Shown here in pieces: positions 24,701 to 37,284 of a stretch of 64,000 bases of DNA. Origin of the DNA: Amoebophrya sp. A120 (Eukaryota > Protista > Dinoflagellata); assembly GCA_905178155.1 (NCBI GenBank), contig CAJINV010000005.1:3292833-3356832 (forward strand), read 5' to 3'. The first letter of the stretch is position 1. Every line of letters begins with the position of its first letter. The notes beneath the pieces were generated by a model. The model had not been told where the DNA came from, searched no databases, and saw only the letters and a list, made by a program, of their open reading frames with translations. The translations under genes and the position numbers were made by a program.

Positions 24701-26794
24701 GAAGATCTTGCTAAGTTATGTAGTGGCGGCTTGTAGTAGTTTAACGGACTAAGACGAGGCGGCTGGCACGGATACGCCCGCGGCTCCTGTCGTGACCTTA
24801 GCCTTCTGTCCTGCTGAAGATGCTCCTCGGCGGCCCCACTCATAACACAAAACGCCGTTTTTCATCTAGGTCCTCCTCGAGATGTCGGCAGCGTCGCTTT
24901 CCTTCGGGATTGGAAGGCGGCAGCTTCGAGGTGTTGCTGGAGAAGGTCGGCGACCGTGGGAGGTGGTGCTTGTGGATGGGGTGGCTGCTCTGGGAGGCGG
25001 TGCTTGTGAATTTCGACAGCAGAATTTGACAAGAATTCTGCGTGTTGTCGAATTTCGAAAAGGTGCCAGTTTTGGACATGATTCATCGGGGTCAAAAATC
25101 GGCCATAGCATCGGCGTAAAAAAAATGAATCATACGCCTTGGCGAGTATGATTCTTGCCATTTTTCCGCTTTTTTCTAATTTTCTAAAAGAAAATGAGCG
25201 ATTTGGGCGTATGATTCATTTTTTTGGGCCGATGCTATGGCAAAAAATTTGCAAAAATGCAGTTTTTAAAAAAACGCCAATCACGATGCTATGGCGCAGG
25301 TCGCCAAATATGATTCATCACGGATACAGGTCGTGCTAAAAAAAATGAATCATACCGCAAAAAGTGGTCTTTTTGGCAGATTTTGCCACGTTTTTTCATC
25401 CATTTTCACGCGTTTCGCGCACTAAAAATTGCAGTTCGGGGCGACATTTTTTGCCCTCGTCTGTGGGCGATCGCTGTGGTGGCGATCCTTTGGAGGCAAG
25501 CCAGGGGAGGCAGCCAGAGGCCTACCCAAGGGGCCCGAGACGGCCCAAAATAAAGGGCCCAGTCCTTGGGCATTTGCGCGGCCGCAAGATCGGGCTGGCC
25601 GCCGCCCCCTTATTCTCGGCGGTGGGCTGGCCCCCGACGGAGCCGAGGGGGCCAACAGCGTTCCCAGATATGCGGCACCTAGCCGCCTCCCCATAGCTAG
25701 TTAAACTACTACAAGCAGCCAAAATAGATAGATGCAGCATTCATGCCATTCGAACATAAAAAGCAAACAGGTTACCCGACTTTGCCGAACGTCGCGAAGA
25801 TTTTTTGAAAAAGAAAAATTGAAAAAATTGCAATTTTTTGACTTTTTTCGGTCCGGTATGAGTATGATTCATTTTTTTTGTGGGATAGGTCTGCTTCGTC
25901 GTTACTGCACCCGAATAAAATGGAGTTTCACGACTGGTCTGCTTCGTCGTACAAAGGAGAGGTGCGGTATCCACTTAAAAAACCTACATTTTTGCTATTG
26001 ACTTGCAAGAGACGAGGATTTAGTTGTGCTGTTTATTGATTAACATGAAGGTAAAAGATTTGTTTCCGCATTACAAGTTGGCACGTAAAAAGCAAGAAGG
26101 TAAGGATTTTGTATAGGATACTGGAGCACTGGAGGACATGTTGGATGACGAAGACTTGGGGAATATCCTGACTGAAAACGTACCCACACCAGAGTTGTAA
26201 TGCAAATCTGCATGCTGAAAATGTTTCTCATGCGGAGCCCCATGAGAAGCATTTTCTAGTCGTGTTTTGCAATTTTTCATGCTCAAATCAGCATGAGAGA
26301 CTAGATCTGTACTGCTTCTGAACTAGCTTAAACAGCACTACACTACGCGTCCAAATTTGTCATGCGAAACAGCCAAAGCTTGTGGATTTGTCTAGCCGAT
26401 TCCCCATCTTGACTATGGGGTGGGTACGTTTTTACATAGGATAGGGAATATCCTGAGTGAAAACGTACCAACCCTCCATGTAGTCAAAAGGGGACGATAT
26501 CAATATCGGCTAGACAGGAAGTCCAGAAGCTCTCCGCATGACAATAAACCTGGACAGGCAGTGAAGTGTGCCAGTCCTCCTCGTGCCTGGTGGATATAAA
26601 AGCCGTATCAGCAATTGATGTTAGAGCATGCCAAGTTCCAACTACGGGGCTACGCCTCTGATCATGGGGCTGCGCAAGAGATAAATCTTATCTAGGGCAT
26701 CGCGCCGATTTGCATGACAAATTAATACAGGGACGTCGTCGTGGTGGGTAAGTTTTTACTCAGGATGGGCATGGACGAGCTCAGGCTTGTGTAG
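21716..26794 (+). CDS. Hypothetical single-pass membrane protein interrupted by seven introners
   Basis: Exons about 21716-22369, 22696-22769, 23153-23306, 23689-23840, 24105-24187, 24469-24518, 25893-25961, 26117-26163 and 26773-26794 join in one frame. Hydrophobic N-terminus, TM-like AVLLFLVFLVLGATY, and a tandem LHP(N)KMEFHDWSASS repeat. Confidence 0.6.
22370..22690. mobile_element. Introner, family A, with an extra internal IR copy
   Basis: Family A IRs with exact DR ACGTG. Confidence 0.9.
23307..23683. mobile_element. Introner, family B
   Basis: TATGGGAGTG..TCAGG..GAAATCGAC / GTCGATTTCAAGCCTG..CATA with exact DR GAAGT. Confidence 0.9.
23841..24099. mobile_element. Introner
   Basis: TATAACCCGCTCAGGTGTTACAA...TTGTAACGTCTGAGCGGGTCATA with exact DR GTGTG. 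Confidence 0.92.
24188..24463. mobile_element. Highly degenerate introner, family A-like
   Basis: TATC...ATCTCGATCTGGA pairs imperfectly with TCCAGACCCAGAT...GATA. The DR is lost, but +5 removal is in frame (AGG-SLSWELHP). Confidence 0.6.
24519..25887. mobile_element. Large (1369 bp) introner with multiple internal IR copies
   Basis: TATCGCACGGAAAAAATGAATCATACTCATAC...GTATGAGTATGATTCATTTTTTTTGTGGGATA with exact DR GGTCT. An empty site is present in the tandem exon repeat at about 25904-25950. Confidence 0.9.
26164..26443. mobile_element. Introner, family D (first of a stacked pair)
   Basis: TATCCTGACTGAAAACGTACCCA...TGGGTACGTTTTTACATAGGATA with exact DR GGGAA. The interior is homologous to 33904 and 39997. 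Confidence 0.92.
26449..26767. mobile_element. Introner, family D ends (second of a stacked pair)
   Basis: TATCCTGAGTGAAAACGTACC...GGTAAGTTTTTACTCAGGATG with flanks GGGAA/GGCAT. Confidence 0.85.
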
Positions 26795-28008
26795 TAGAGG
26801 TGGGACGTCAGAAGTGAATTTGAAAAAAGTTAATTTCTTGTTTGTCTCTGACCGTCAAAATTGGATGGGAAAGCAAAGCAGGATGTTGTTGATGCGCTGA
26901 CCATAGCGACAGTTGTTGTCGTCTTGTACTAGTTTCCGTTGTATCAATAGAAGTATATGTATAGAACTGTACAAAAAATGTGAAAATAACATGACTATAC
27001 TGCCCTGTTTCACACTCCTATGTCGCTCCGAGAATGCCTGCCGTAAAAATAAAAAATTGTATCTTCATGAAATAAAGCTAATCGATCTAAGCCCAAGAGG
27101 CCAACCCTGATTGTTGTGACAGAAAAGATGCACTGTGAAAGCCAAAATCCAGGATTGATCCTATGAAAAAAGTGCGAAAATGTATCTACTAGCACGACGA
27201 GCTAGCAGGCTCAAACAGAATGAAACACGACACGCCATGTTGCATGGAGCAACTTCTCCTGCGCTAAGTTCTGAAAATTCTGAAGAAAATTGTAATATTG
27301 CTCAACAAGAATAAGAAAATTGAAATTACTAGATCGATCAGCAGAAATCGATAGGTCACCAGGATCTTTGTGTACCAGATGATCTAGTTGTCTGTGATCC
27401 TGCGTTCGGCGCACGGTCTATAATTGTAGAAGTTCAAGTTTCCTCTTCTTGTTCGCCAATTGTATCGCAAGAAACAACGACTTCACGGTTCTTTAACAAA
27501 TCGAGTTTGCCCATAAATTGATGCAGTGACCATCTGACAACATTAGTACGTAAAGGATTTGATTGCTTCTATTCGCGATTTTTGCTTCATCTCTTCGCGA
27601 TTTTTGTGTGCACCTTAAGTCTTACCTTGCTCGTGTATAATCTGAATCTGTATGCTTATTTGCATGGACCTTTCATAGAACAAACTAGAAGCTTGAAGTA
27701 AAAACCAAAACGATAAGAATTAACACAACTATAGTGGTTTTGATCAGAAGAAGTAGAAGTTGAAGCCGATATCTTCATCAAGATTGTATCTCTATTAGCG
27801 ACCCCAGGATCGAGGTTCGTTGGTGGGTGCACTCAAGTGTATTATTAGTGCCCGACGAGTACGAGTTTTGCAGTCGCTCTACAACTACCAAGTAGTTGTA
27901 GAGAGTAGATTTGGTTAAAACCGTTTTGCAAAATAAAGCGTTCGAAACTTTAACGCAGAATAGCAATAGCGCCTGGTCTAATTTTGATTTTAATTTTTCA
28001 CATCTATC

Positions 28009-30055
28009 ATGATGGCGATGGCGCGGTTAATGAAGATGTTGCTGCTTTCCTCCAGCGGTGGACGCTTCGTCACTGCTGTGACGGTTGCGGCCACGGGGTT
28101 GGGTAGTAAAAGTGCACCGACCCCGACGGCACTGATCCCCCGTGGTCGGCAACTGCACCAACGTGAAGAAGATGCGCTCCGTCCTCGTCGTGCGCGAAGC
28201 GCCAACTACAACTCCGGAGGCCGCCAGTCGATGTTGCCCCGCAAGAAGAATGAAAATAAACTACGAGGCACGGGTGCTCATCAACCTCGTTCGGCCTCAT
28301 CCTCGCCCACGACACCTGGTGCAGCGACCCGGTCCCCTTCCGCACCACCTCGGGTCTCGTCGCCGTCGGGTGAGGCGTCGTCGCCGTCGGGGGAAGAAGC
28401 GTCGTCCTCGCCAGGAAGCTCTGCGACGTCGAAAACTAGATCTACTTCCAGTCGTCCCAACCGCGGAGAAGTTCTTGCACTCCCGGAAAGTGGCTCTCGT
28501 GGGGATCTTCAGCAAGTAGAGGACCACGACGAGCGCCCAGCTTTGATGACATCTTCGCGATTGCTGAACGCGACCGAAAATCCGTTGCTTGGCGCGAAAT
28601 TGCCCGACAACGCCGAGAAAGTGCGGGAGAAGTTCGCAGAATTTTTGGACCAGGAACTCATGAAGTGGTGGAGCATAAGACACCATCAGGAGTTCCTTCT
28701 GCTCAAGCGCAAGTACTTGGCCTTTTACAAGAGTTACTACGCAGCCACTCGACGCAACGATCCAGAACAAGCGGAGCGAATGTTCCGTCCAGAACACGTG
28801 GAGAGCGAGTTCGAAATAAAGATCGCTTCGGAAAAAGAGATGGTCCAGTGGAAGTCACCAGTCAAACCGTTGGACTATATCTCCGCCGACGACGCTCTTC
28901 ATGATATTGTCCTTTTCGCCGACCACGAGGTTGCCTTCGACGAAGGCAGTTCCAAGGAACAGGTCTTGACTGGATGGTTCGGGCTGCAGACTTTCACCGG
29001 AGCTGCTCCTGCAGCTGTTGAGAGTAATTTTTTCTCGAACATTTACACCAAGCTGCTCTTCGAATACGCGACGACTCGTTCCAAAGCAAGCCATGCTGAT
29101 GAAAAACTTGGCGTGAGAGTTGTGAACCCGACCCTGCACGCCTTGCTGAGCGAGAAAAAGTTTCTGACAACGATTGAGCTGTTCATGAAGAAGGGGAACG
29201 AGACTTGGCAGGTGCAAGTTCTTAGGCACTCACAGGAAGAGCACCACATGCGTGACCGTTACGAAAATGACAAACGTGTGCCGGTAACAAAAGTCCTTCC
29301 ATTTAAGGCAGCGTACGACAAAGCGATCGGCGCAGAGCCGCTCGACAAACGATCGAACTATGGCTCTGAGAGCAGCGACTTCGATACCGGATTGGCTAAA
29401 GAAGTGATTAGCCAAATGGTCGATGGCAGTTTGTTCGAGCCGAATGAAGAAAAATTGCCCGAGGTAGAGCTCAGAAAAGGCGCGCCCAACTGCATCGGTG
29501 AGCTTGTCGTGCGCGTACCGGCGGTGCGTTCGGCAGTAGATAAGCTGAAGACAGGAGAATATGTTCTGCGGTTCAACATGAAGACGCTGCGCCTCCTCTC
29601 GCTGCAAGTGAAAATTGCAGACCACAGTCGGGAGGTAGCTACGCATCGCAAAGATGTAGTCAACATCTGGGTTTCGAACATGAAAAATCTATAATCATGC
29701 AGGGTTTACATTTACTTTATTTTCATGCTTGGCTGGCTTGGCTCTCAGTCTCAAGCCCTCTGGCACGCATGTTGCTACGCTATAAAAGCGGCCCCACTCT
29801 GGTGCTGTAAAAATGCAGCAATGCAGTTTTGCATGCGAAAATAAAAAGAGAACACGTACCAGCTGAAACTCAAAAACTTGCGAAGATGATTCTTCGCCGT
29901 TTATTGAGGCGTCCTGGAGGTGATGATTCTCCAACCAGCATCACAGTTTGTAGAGTTTCCAGACCCAGATGACGATGACACGTTTGCAATGCATAGCAGC
30001 TCTCCAGTGGAACTTTCGCGACCCTTTGGGATATACCTTGGGCTCCTGGGACTAG
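28009..30055 (+). CDS. Hypothetical protein, possibly secreted
   Basis: Long ORF from 28009. Removing introner 29640-29995(+5) gives the C-terminus EVALQWNFRDPLGYTLGSWD*. Hydrophobic N-terminus and S/P-rich linker; no domain recognised. Confidence 0.65.
29640..29995. mobile_element. Degenerate introner, family A-like
   Basis: TACGCATCGCAAA..CATCTGGGT / ACCCAGATG..TTTGCAATGCATA with flanks GTAGC/GCAGC. Confidence 0.8.
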
Positions 30056-30718
30056 TCCGCCTTCAACAGTAGTCATTGGCGAAATCGGAAAGCAGCAGCT
30101 ACCCCTACCGTAATTGCAACAAGATCGAGATCGAGGTGTATTCTGAGTTTTGGAGAAACTAAACATAAGATGCAAGTCGAGCAAGCAGTTCACAAGTGTA
30201 CTAACGCCTGCAGCTCATCAACAAATGTATTGTAGAAGTCGAAGGGGGTACTACCTAGTAGTTCTATGGACATCGACATGCGCATATAAGATGAAAGTCC
30301 GCGCATTTTTAGTACTTTAGCAACGAGCAGCCCGCGCTTTCACGAGTGATCAACTTTGTGTTGATGGAACTCACTTGTTGCGAAGTAATCTCAAAGTTTG
30401 AGTTTAAGTGACAAGTTCAAGTTGTGAGCGATGTGTAACAAGATGAAGAAGTACTTTAGAGACGGCATCGCTTTTCAACTACTTTCGACCAACAGTTTAG
30501 CGTCCTTGCAATGATCAGTATGTAAAATGAAAACAAGTGCACCAGCTCGACCAGCATCAGAAAATCGAGAAGCTTCTTGTGTAAACTGAAGACAGAACGA
30601 GAATTGGTCGTGACCAGGTCAAATAAAGTACTACCCTCCACAGGATGTGCTTGCACCTATTTGTTCAGTTCGCTATGCTACTGTGCTTCTTTCAAACTTC
30701 CCTTTGGGATTTTTGTTT

Positions 30719-31881
30719 GAGCGGGGTAACAATTGACTCAACTAACTAGCATCGGCGAGTTAGTCGTCCGTCCGGCCGCACGGACGACTAACTCGCCACT
30801 TGTCGTGGGAAGCTTTCTCCTTCAGGGTTGGAGGGGTGCGGGACTTCGAAGTCCGGGATGTGTCGTGGAACCGCCCGGAAACCATATGGAAATCGCGCAC
30901 TTTTGCAAACGATTTTCGTGCTTTCGTTGTGTTTTTCTTCGGTCGAATATCCCAACAAAAAAAAAACCTTCGTGGCATGTAAATTGTAATCTGCATAAAC
31001 ATAAACATGCAAAAGAAAAATCAGCAGCTCCGAGCTTTGCAAAAAAACCCCCCGAGGAAACGCTATACATTTGCAAAAGTGCTAACTTGCTCAGGGAATT
31101 TGTGGCAATCTCCCAGCACAGGGCGCGAAGTTGGAAGTAGTACGTGGTGGCTCGGTGGGTCATCCCATCCCAAGTTGCATCAGCATCATCGTCGTGTAGT
31201 ATTCCAAAATCCAGCAATTCTCCCGGCTTTGGTGGGTTGCGCGTTCATCATATCCAGCAATTCTCCCGGCTTTGGTGGGTTGCGCGTTGCCAAACGCGCA
31301 ACCCACCAAAGCCGGGAGAATTGCTGGATTTTGGACTACTACACGATGATATGATGCTGATGCAACTTGGGATGGGATGATGCGACCCTCGAGCGCGACT
31401 AGTGCCCACTCCACCGAGCCACCACGTACTACTTCCAACTTCGGGCCCTGTGCTGGAAACTAACTGGAAACGGAGATTGCCACAAATTCCCTGAGCAAGT
31501 TAGCACTTTTGCAAATGTATAGCGTTTCTTCGGTGGGTTTTTTTGCAAAGCTCGGAGCTGAGCTGCTGACTTTTCTTTTGCATGTTTATGCTTATGAACC
31601 CGAGCTGCAGATTACAATTTACATGCCGCGAAGGTTTTTTTTTGTTGGGATATTCGACCGAAGAAAAACACAACGAAAGCACGAAAATCGTTTGCAAAAG
31701 TGCGCGACTTCCGTATGGTTTCCGGTCGGTTCCGCGAGACATCCCGGAGCTCGAAGTCCCGCACCCTCCAACCCCTGAAGGAGAAAGTTTCCCGCGACAG
31801 ATGGCGAGTTAGTCGTCCGTGCGGCCGGACGGACGACTAACTCGCCGATGCTAGTTAGTTGAGTCAATTGTTACCCCGCTC
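30719..31881. mobile_element. 1163-bp almost fully palindromic (foldback/MITE-like) element with 3-bp TTT target duplication
   Basis: Ends GAGCGGGGTAACAATTGACTC.../...GAGTCAATTGTTACCCCGCTC, with arms complementary to a centre near 31290. The empty site GGGATTTTAGTTTTCAATATA is at 38817-38837. Confidence 0.92.
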
Positions 31882-33485
31882 TTTTCAATATATCAGGTAG
31901 ACCACCGCGAGGACCACATATTAGTGCAGAAGAAGCAAAAAAGCATTTATGTATGATGAAGAACTAGTAGACGTAGAGGATCTACGTGATGTATGATGAA
32001 GGCACGCATCAGCATCTGCTAGAGGGCGAGATGCGAGATGTGCGGCGCAGTGAGCTTGCGGCTGAAGCGCCCACACATCTAAAGACCGTGGCATAATCCA
32101 TCTACAAGTCGCTTGCAGCGAGAACCGCATTGATGCAGCCATCAGGAACAAGGAATTGAGATTGCCGGAGCGAAAGCAAACGCCCGCCCCCCGCGGGGAA
32201 GCACAGGCTCCTCCAGGATCCGATGTTCACCTCTTGCGATGATCCACAGGTCTCGTCAGACCAGTAGAGTTCACAGAGGGTTGTCGTACACTCTTGCTCG
32301 TCCGAAGAAATCGTTTGAGTGGATCGCTTTCCAGGTGTCACGATCAAATACAGAGCGTCATGTACCCCAAGCGACCAAGCAAGCAAGCAAGCAAAGTGAA
32401 TAATGTATGTATGTATGTGATGTATGATGAAGAACTAGAAATAGAAGGCAAAACCTCCGCCACTATTTCCAAAGCAAACGTGTATGATGAACAAGAAAAA
32501 CGTGAACTAGATGCCCTTTGTCCCACAAAATTGAAGATGAAAAATGTTTAAAAAATTGCCAAGTCGCATCAAAAAGATGAAGTACAGCGAGCTATGTTGC
32601 CTTGTTCCACCTGGCTTCCTACGACCAGACATGGAAAGCCTTGACCGGCTTCGGTCGCGGTGCCATATAATCTCCTAGAAGTTCGGAAACGGAACAAAGT
32701 AACACAACGATGAAGATATTGTGAAAGAAAAGAACTTCCGGGAGATCACTTCGACAACATCAAGGTCTGCTATAATGTCAAGGTCTACGTCAAAAAAATA
32801 AATCAAGAGCAACATCATGATCTCCAGAAGGAATGAGCGGGGGTAAAATAAAAGCGGGTCATGTCGATGTCCGGCCATGAGATGGAGCAAGGAGCCTACC
32901 AGTGCCAGGATCGATGAGACCGCGCATCCAAAATCATACATAATTATGACGTTCTATATTCATCAACTTGCTTATGCTATCGCGGCGTTCCTCTCGTGAC
33001 TTCTGTATCGATCATCTCCAGACAGACCGTTCGTCCCATTATTTTCAGTTGGAGCCACTGAGTCATGACGATCTTTACAAAGATTACAAAGATTACGTCA
33101 ATATCTGAAAGATCGCATCAAAGTATCCCTGTCATGGATCAACTCTAGTTGAAGATGATATAAAATGATGCTCTGACGCCTGTCTATTCAAGGCACGGTC
33201 GCTCCTATGGGGGGTCTTCTAGCAATCATCTGCGTTCCACTTTCCCTCAACTTTTTCAGTTGATTTGAGGAGACAGAGCACGTGCAACCTTTTTTATAAT
33301 TATGTTCGTAGTCCAAAAACAAAAGTGCTTCGCCCTGTAAGATAGAGAAGAAAAAAACGGCGAAAATAAAAAAATTGGGAAACATATGATTTTTGTATCA
33401 GCCTGCTCGACGTGTATGATAAGTTAAAGAATTAAAATCAATCACATTGTTCTATTGTTCATTTTTCCGTGGAAGATTTCCTTTT

Positions 33486-36330
33486 ATGATTTTGGACCGA
33501 TACAACGAGCCAAGCCGTAGCAAAATGAGCATCTCTGAGGTGGAGGAGGAGTGCCCCCTCGTCGGGCACACTAGTAACGGGAACGAAGTACGAGTGGAAG
33601 TGGAAAAATCGGTCATGGCAGAAGATGTCGCGGGACCGTCGGAACTAGATAATGCCGGAGCTGCAACAGGGTCGTCGGGCTCGGAGGCGTCAGCAACAGC
33701 AACGGCATCAACTTCATCTGCAGCTTCATGCCTCCTGAGGTGGAGCCCCTCGCTGATTATCACTATCCTGTCGATCCTGGTTGGCGTTCTTGCGGTGCTG
33801 TTGGTGTCTTTTGCGGTAATGTGGGGCCAAGAGCGAACCGAAGTCGAGACTTTGCATGCAGAAAAAGCCGAGCTCTTGGAGTGGATAAGCAAGAACCCGG
33901 TAGTACCCTGTGTAAAAACGTTCCCACCCTAGATTTGTCATGCAGACCTGCATGCTTGAAATGTTTTCCATGCGGAGACCCATGAGAAGCTTTTTCTAGT
34001 TGTGTTTTGAGATTTGTGACGCTCAAATCTGCACGATAAACTAGATCTGTGATGCTGCTGCACTAGCTAAACACGACTACATCACGGGCCCAAATTTGTC
34101 ATGTACAACGGCCAAAGCTTGGTGATTTTTGTACTTCTTAGCAGATTTCCCATCTTGACTATGGGGTGGGGACGTTTTTACATAGGATAGGTAAATGTTA
34201 CTCCGCGCGACCACGACGACCCTACGGCTTCTTCTAGTCCTCGTCACGATAATCGTATGCAACGAAAAAAGTGTGACTGTTAAATTTATATTCAATACAC
34301 ATTGTCGTGTTGCAAGGCCAAGCAAGAAGACAGACAGCTCCGCGGTCGTCAACATGCCGGAAGATTATATTACGCTCAGGAGTGGAGCCTAGCTTCATAT
34401 GGGTTTATTTCCCTATATCATCTCGGCATTGCAAGTTTTCTCTGTTGCTAAACTCGCAACAAATGTGTAACTACTGTATTGTAACACTTTTTTCTTGGGA
34501 TAGATTCTGTTCCTGCGCCGTCGAACGGACTTATTCCGTTTTTTGGACCAGGTCGAAGTGCAGGTGGTCCCCCTGCGCCTGCTCCGGCGACCGTGGCTAA
34601 TATGAATCTGCAGAACCTAGGCCCGCGAGCGCGACACCAGCAGCCACCCGCTGGGCGCGTCCCGAACAACAGCGTGCATTGTCTAAACCCAAACTTTCAC
34701 AACTCAGCCTCCGGCGACGATGGCAGTGGCGGGAGCGGGTCAGGCGATGGAAGTGGTGGCGGCTCTGGCGACAGTAGTGACGCAGCATCCGTGGCCCCGC
34801 AACCAAAGACCGTGCCTTGGCCTTGGCCGCCGTCTGTACAGGCCGGCACGAACATGCAAGGCCCGGCTTGGGGCGAAACTTTTGGTGGGGTTCCCTTCTC
34901 CGGCCACATTCCCTACGACGTACCGAAGCACATGGTAGAGCCCTTCAAAGCCGACGAGGGCCCGATGAACAAGAAGCGGGTTGCCATCTGTCTTACGGGC
35001 GGGCTGCGGTCCTTCATCTTGCCGAATGTGTACAAGAGTCTTGGGGATAACCTGATTCAAAGTCTGACAGAAGCGCGGATTGCGGCCGGCGATGCGGATG
35101 CGAAGGTCGACGTTTTCTTCATCGGGTCGCTCACCCCCGCCGCCGGAAACGGGAACTCCCAGGTCCTCCTCTCCCAAGCCGACGCTCCGTCGACAGAGGA
35201 CGACCCCCGCGTGCAGGCAGGCTTGGACTATTTGAAGTCCAAGCTGCGACCCCAGGAGTTCGCGAAGAAGCGAGTTGTGCGGGATAGCACCTGTGCGGAG
35301 CTGGCGAAAGTACTGCACGACCAGGGCCGGCTTCCGCGAAACGCGGATGGTTCGCTTCCCGAGCTACCGGACACACTCTGCAACGGTCGGTCCTACATTG
35401 GCGGACCGGCGGGCAACGGGGCATTTTTCATGCAGGTAATGTGGATCGACGCATGTTTTGAGGATGTGAAGCAGTACGCGGCGAGCCACAACCTCACCTA
35501 CGACCTGGTGGTGCGCGCGCGACCGGATCTTGGGTTCCTAGAGCCGTTAGACTGGCAGGTATGCGGAGAAAAAAATGATACACCAGCAGTTGCGCGTTTG
35601 ATTTTGTAAGAACCTCAGCGACAGCACCACAACCATAATATTCTCTGCGTGAGGACAGAGAAAAACTTGCAATTCAGAGATGATGCTAACAAGTACTTCT
35701 CACGGGAAATAAAAAAAACGGAAAAGACGTATGAGACGAGGCACCTGCTGCTGACGCTTAGCATATCACGCATGTCGACGAAGCTTGTCTGTATTCTTGC
35801 TTGATCTGCAACACATTTTTAATGTCGTGTAAGTGCAACGCTTTTTTTTCTTTGCATAGCAAGGCACCGGAACCGACTACCCGCTCGCCCGGGATTACTT
35901 GACCCACCCGGCCCGCTCTCCGCGCCACACTCATGCGATGCGGGGGTGGGACTATTTTTGGACCATGCCCTTCAACCTGCTGCAGCAATATCAGGCCGGC
36001 GTAACGGGTTGGTATACGAAAAGAGACCCCGCGACCGGTTTGTCTTTGTGGTCGGATAACCAGAACGGGAAGCTTCCACATCCGGACGCCAATATGTTTA
36101 TCTACTTTGCCACCGTGTCGGTGAAGCGGCAGCTTCCGATGGTGCTCGTCCGGAGTGCGAGTGTCTGGCACAGGGACAGCCTCACTGGGTACCAAGACAA
36201 TCACTATCGCGGACCTGTCTTCGCGCGCCTCCTACAAAAAGCAGAGCAAGCAGCGGCGGCAGCTTGGTGGGGCAGTAGCACGAACGCGCTGCCACCCTGG
36301 CAGCTTATGGGACAAGGACAATCTGCATAG
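33486..36330 (+). CDS. Type II membrane putative glycosyltransferase-like protein, copy 1
   Basis: Exons 33486-33903, 34195-34254, 34504-35558 and 35860-36330. TM helix LIITILSILVGVLAVLLVSFAVMW and a stem region. Motifs KRVAICLTGGLRSF, DVFF and YDLVVRARPD resemble an algal/viral putative glycosyltransferase family (function inferred). Confidence 0.65.
33904..34189. mobile_element. Introner, family D
   Basis: TACCCTGTGTAAAAACGT...ACGTTTTTACATAGGATA with flanks GGTAG/GGTAA. Removing 291 nt is in frame. Confidence 0.9.
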
Positions 36331-36594
36331 AGGATATGGGCGACAATATGGATATGGTGGCGAGACACCATGACCGTAATTAAGGTTGTGGTCTGCTTTC
36401 TCGGTCGAAGTACAATTTGCAACGTTTTTTTGAGTCCATTTTTTTTTAGTTCGCTAGAAGAGCAGTGGCTCGTCGGTCCGGCGAGCGATGGTTTGTTGTT
36501 TCGACTCGCATTCTTGGACCCAATCTGCGAATAAAAAAAGCAAACTGGGGCCACGCATCTCTATCATGAGTGCTAATTTTTTTTTTTCCATGTT

Positions 36595-37284
36595 TTCGAA
36601 AATCACGTCTCCAAGTGCGGTAGCACAAGCAGCGCAAAACCGAAAGCGAAATCGGCAGCGAGATCAAAAATGAATACCGCCATCGGTCGTGTGAAAAAAT
36701 CGACGATCCGGGAGAAGTGTGGAGAAGCATCGAAGAAGACCGAATAGTGTGTAGATCAAGATGTGAAAGTAGAGCGAGCACTACCCAAGTTTTGAACTTT
36801 TCTCCCCAGTGGCTCAGCGGAGGTTGATCGAAGCACTGCGGAGGCGGTAGTAGTGCATCGTTCTGAAGCCAGAGGTGATTGGGGGTCTCGGCTCACTTTC
36901 CCTCAGGCAACTCCCCAGGTCGGCTGGTTCACCACTAAAACGGGCGGTGTTTCTTCAGACCTAGGTGGTGACTGGTTGAGACACCGATCGCCAGCTACTT
37001 ACAAGCAGGAATATAGATAGTACGCTAGACAGTCACTCGCTCGCCTAAAGAAGCGAGCACACGATTGAATTTTTCTCCCCACTGCGAAACGAACACTTCA
37101 GCGGAGCCCGCGCGTGCAAAGAACATAAGCCTAGCCGCACTGGCGGCAAGCCTCACGTGCACCATCAGAAGTGCAGTATTGGCCGTTCTTTGCGGTGTCT
37201 CACCATCAGAAGTGCGAACTGCGAGGAGCGGGGCGCACCGCCTAAAGTTCTAAAAAGCAAACACGCACTATAGATAGATAGATA
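36595..37284 (+). mobile_element. 690-bp insertion with GTT at both flanks and a (GATA)n end
   Basis: Absent from the paralogous site CCATGTTGGCATTTACG at about 42652-42668. Confidence 0.85.

Noticed and set aside
24485-25940. 33-bp direct repeat read as a long target duplication or LTR
   Set aside because: It is an exonic tandem repeat; the element's real duplication is GGTCT.
30733-31867. Mirror-image ORFs on both strands
   Set aside because: Artefact of the palindrome; no transposase motifs.
31948-32510. Dispersed GTATGATGAAGAACTAG repeats resembling C/D-box snoRNA starts
   Set aside because: No matching D boxes or terminal stems were identified; probably local low-complexity duplication.
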